A DNA stretch of 49,061 nt from positions 1 through 49,061 of the forward strand of contig CALMZF010000097.1 of the NCBI GenBank assembly GCA_937870645.1, given 5' to 3'. Shown piece by piece: positions 46,268-49,061 of the stretch. A program made the translations under genes and the position numbers. This stretch comes from an uncultured Paludibacter sp. (GTDB lineage: Bacteria; Bacteroidota; Bacteroidia; Bacteroidales; Paludibacteraceae). How positions within the stretch are numbered: position 1 is the stretch's first letter; every line of letters begins with the position of its first letter. The notes beneath the pieces are model-generated. The model was given only the letters and a program-made list of their open reading frames with translations, ran no database searches and was not told the origin of the DNA.

Positions 46268-47008
46268 TTAATTTAGCATTAAGTTCGTTATCAGCAGATT
46301 GAAAAATAAAATCAGTATGCTGCTGTTGACCACTGCATTGGTACTGGCTTTACCCACATTGAGTGCACCTCCGTAAGCGTAATAACCGTAATACGAAGCT
46401 ACCGACGAAATAAGAAATGCAAAAACCAATGATTTGACAACGGAATAAAAAACATAGTAGGGAATGAAAGCATACTGAATGCCCAGCAGATAATCGGCAG
46501 TGGTTATAATATCGCCGAATACACCAACCAGATAACCACCAAAAAGACCAATTGCCATACTGAAAATGACCAAAAAGGGCATCATCACTACAAAAGCGGT
46601 GATTTTAGGTAAAATCAGGTAGTTAGCCGAATTTACGCCCATGATTTCTATGGCGTCAATCTGTTCGGTTATTCGCATGGTGCCGATTTCCGAAGCAATA
46701 TTAGAACCCACTTTTCCGGCCAGGATCAGACACATGATGGTGGACGAAAATTCCAGTAACAGCGTATCGCGCGTCACCAAACCGGTGCTGTAGGTTGGTA
46801 ACAGTGGATTTTCGGTGTTCAACTTGGTTTGAATGGTCATAATGGCACCGATAAAAACCGAAATGATAATCACAATGGGCAGTGAAGCCAATCCGAGTTT
46901 CTCCAGTTCTTTGGGAAACTGCCGCCAGAACATACGTCCGCGATCGGGCACTGCAAATACACGGTACATGAGCAGGGCGTATTGACCTGTATCTTTAATA
47001 ATACTCAT
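46268..47008 (-). CDS. MlaE-family ABC transporter permease
   Basis: 246 aa with about five TM helices. The segment RITEQIDAIEIMGVN is characteristic of MlaE/Ttg2B permeases. Confidence 0.85.
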   Translation of the reverse strand: MSIIKDTGQYALLMYRVFAVPDRGRMFWRQFPKELEKLGLASLPIVIIISVFIGAIMTIQTKLNTENPLLPTYSTGLVTRDTLLLEFSSTIMCLILAGKVGSNIASEIGTMRITEQIDAIEIMGVNSANYLILPKITAFVVMMPFLVIFSMAIGLFGGYLVGVFGDIITTADYLLGIQYAFIPYYVFYSVVKSLVFAFLISSVASYYGYYAYGGALNVGKASTNAVVNSSILILFFNLLITNLMLN

Positions 47009-47041
47009 ATCAAAACATTTTTATGTTTAATTTTTAACGTG

Positions 47042-47049
47042 CAAAGATA
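47042..47049 (-). promoter_or_regulatory. Bacteroidota -7 promoter box for the mlaEF-like operon
   Basis: CAAAGATA on + equals TATCTTTG on -, 33 nt upstream of ATG 47008. Confidence 0.5.
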
Positions 47050-47265
47050 CAAATTATTTATCCTGCTTGTGACTACTGCGATACTTTTGAAAATGCTGAA
47101 CCCTTCAATTTTTATAAGATATGAAGACTTTTATTGTTGAGTTTTCTAAAAATACATATTTACAAACAAAGATTAACGGTTATTCGATAATTCTTACATA
47201 CCGATGTTAATTGACTGATATATAAGACGTCAGTGCTTAAATTCACTGCAAATAATTGTCAAAAT

Positions 47266-47292
47266 ATGCACATAATACAGAAAAATGTGCAT
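47266..47292. promoter_or_regulatory. Inverted repeat ATGCACAT-N11-ATGTGCAT, a candidate operator upstream of the outer-membrane protein gene
   Basis: Perfect 8-bp arms at 47266-47273 and 47285-47292. Further TGCAC motifs at 47309 and 47337, and the palindrome CACAA-A-TTGTG at 47311-47321. Confidence 0.3.
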
Positions 47293-47331
47293 TTTATATT
47301 GCTTGTATTGCACAAATTGTGATGAAATGTG

Positions 47332-47339
47332 TAATTTTG
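47332..47339 (+). promoter_or_regulatory. Bacteroidota -7 promoter box for the outer-membrane protein gene
   Basis: TAATTTTG, 82 nt upstream of ATG 47422. Confidence 0.4.
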
Positions 47340-47421
47340 CACTTCCTGAAACTGAAATTTATACATCTGCGATTAAATTTTGTCAGGTGAAAAGCTATAC
47401 ATTCAACTAAAAAATAATTTT

Positions 47422-49053
47422 ATGATTAAAAACTTAACCATTACAGCACTTTTAGTATTGGCAACAAGTTCACTGTTTGCCGGCGGTCTCCTCACCAACA
47501 CCAATCAGAGTGTCCATTTTCTGCGAAATCCTGCACGCGATGCTTCTACCGAAATTGATGCAGTTTACACCAATCCCGCAGGTGTGGTATTTCTCTCCGA
47601 TGGTTTCCATATTTCACTCAATAATCAAAGTGCATTTCAAACACGTACCATCACTTCCACTTTTGCACCGTTTGCCGGTTATGGCGGAAGTGCTACCAAA
47701 GAATATGGTGCAAAAACTAATTCTCCGGTTGTTCCAAGCATACAGGCTGCCTACAAAAAAGACCGTTTTGCCATTTCTGCCGGATTTGGCGTAGTGGGCG
47801 GTGGCGGCGTGGCTGCATTCAATAAGGGTTTGCCCTCGCTGGAAGCACCCGTTTCGATGATTCCACTGTCGCTGACTACGAATAAAATACCCACTTCATC
47901 TTACTCAGTGGATCAGTATATGGAAGGAAAACAATACACCTTTGGCGTACAGTTGAATGGTTCTTATAAAATTACCGAACATTTATCGGCCGGGGTTGGG
48001 GTGCGTGTAAACCTCGTGAGCAATGCCTACGCCGGACATTTGACCAATATTATGATTGCTCCGAATCAACCGGCTTTTGGAGCTTCTTACAATGGATCAA
48101 CATTGGTTTCGGCACCAAAATTCTTTACCGATGCTGCAACTACCATTCGTGGTTGGGCTACAGGTGCTACATCGTATGTAGCCGGTTTGCAACCCATTGT
48201 ATCCGGAGGTGGTGGCACAGTATTGCTGTCTAACGGAACTGCAGCGGGATTGAGTGCTGCCCAAATAGCTCAAATACAGGGTCTGCTTGGCGCTGCCGGT
48301 CTGACACCTGCTCAGATAGGTGCCATAAATATTCAAACAGCACAGGGCACGTTGGCTGCAGCAGCTCCTGTTTTTACCGGAAAAGCCGATGCAATGACAG
48401 CAAGTGCAAGCGGTACAGCAGACAAACAGCTTGATACCAAACAATCGGGCATGGGCTTTACACCGATATTCAGTTTGAATTACAATACCGACCGGGTGAA
48501 TGTGGCCGTGAAATACGAAATGAAAAGTACAATTACCCTGACAAACAAAACGACGGTGGATAATACCGGAATGTATGCCGACGGTGCTAAAACACCCAAT
48601 GACATACCTGCTTACCTGGCTGCGGGAGCCGACTTCAAACTTACCGACAACTGGAAAGTGTCGGGTGGTTATCATCATTTCTTCGACTCCGATGCCAAAA
48701 TGGCAAATGACAAACAACAATACATCAACGGCGGTATCAACGAGTATCTGTTAGGCACAGAATATAAATTTGGAAAAAGATTTTTGTTAAGCGCCGGTGG
48801 TCAGCTGACCCGTACCGCTGTTACCGACGATTATCAGTCTGATTTGAGTTTCAGTCTTCACTCCGTGTCGGTTGGTTTTGGCGGCGCTGTGGATCTGACC
48901 GAAAATCTACGCTTGAACCTGGCCTGTTTGTTGACCAATTATTCCGACTGGACAAAAACGTCGACCAACTATAATAAAACCAATTTAACAGGAACCGATG
49001 TGTATGCCCGTACAGGTAAAACATTTGGTATCGGCATCGATTACCGGTTTTAA
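47422..49053 (+). CDS. Outer-membrane beta-barrel protein, FadL/OmpP1/TodX-like
   Basis: Signal peptide MIKNLTITALLVLATSSLFA, then GGLLTNTNQS...AVYTNPAG (FadL-like N-terminal hatch pattern), alternating strands and the C-terminal GIGIDYRF. Start set to ATG 47422. Confidence 0.5.
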   Translation: MIKNLTITALLVLATSSLFAGGLLTNTNQSVHFLRNPARDASTEIDAVYTNPAGVVFLSDGFHISLNNQSAFQTRTITSTFAPFAGYGGSATKEYGAKTNSPVVPSIQAAYKKDRFAISAGFGVVGGGGVAAFNKGLPSLEAPVSMIPLSLTTNKIPTSSYSVDQYMEGKQYTFGVQLNGSYKITEHLSAGVGVRVNLVSNAYAGHLTNIMIAPNQPAFGASYNGSTLVSAPKFFTDAATTIRGWATGATSYVAGLQPIVSGGGGTVLLSNGTAAGLSAAQIAQIQGLLGAAGLTPAQIGAINIQTAQGTLAAAAPVFTGKADAMTASASGTADKQLDTKQSGMGFTPIFSLNYNTDRVNVAVKYEMKSTITLTNKTTVDNTGMYADGAKTPNDIPAYLAAGADFKLTDNWKVSGGYHHFFDSDAKMANDKQQYINGGINEYLLGTEYKFGKRFLLSAGGQLTRTAVTDDYQSDLSFSLHSVSVGFGGAVDLTENLRLNLACLLTNYSDWTKTSTNYNKTNLTGTDVYARTGKTFGIGIDYRF

Positions 49054-49061
49054 TTAATTCG

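Overview
This 49-kb window is a Bacteroidota-type chromosomal segment. Many gene starts are preceded by the TAnnTTTG -7 promoter box, and the window also has DUF4252 genes, a GH109 enzyme and a lipoprotein/TonB-dependent receptor locus. It is densely packed with housekeeping genes: metG, a RelA/SpoT enzyme, obg, adk, hpt, dnaN, gpmI, metH, hisS, rpsO, xth, tsaC, mnmD and rubrerythrin. Other modules are a phosphate-scavenging cluster (pstS, porin, PhoR-like kinase), an ECF sigma/anti-sigma/DUF4252 x2 operon and an MlaEF-like ABC pair. I found no rRNA, tRNA, CRISPR array, integrase or transposase.

The outstanding anomaly is in metH. The ORF is interrupted, in frame and with no stop codon, by about 525 bp (175 codons) inserted in the linker between the homocysteine-binding and pterin-binding domains. 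The insert encodes a complete DUF559 (Vsr-like endonuclease-fold) module. It is bounded by ~44-bp terminal inverted repeats, each containing a perfect 22-bp palindrome, and by an 8-bp near-direct repeat. A second, ORF-less palindromic element built from G/C runs fills the whole 157-bp spacer between the convergent metH and hisS genes.

Secondary observations:
- 11-bp-phased Pho-box-like repeats lie upstream of the porin/pstS pair.
- An NlpC/P60 homologue has Ser where the nucleophile Cys is expected.
- A TTG-only ORF and a terminator-like hairpin sit directly in front of a TonB-dependent receptor.
- MetH lacks the reactivation domain.

All protein calls come from reading motifs in the supplied translations; no database search was run.
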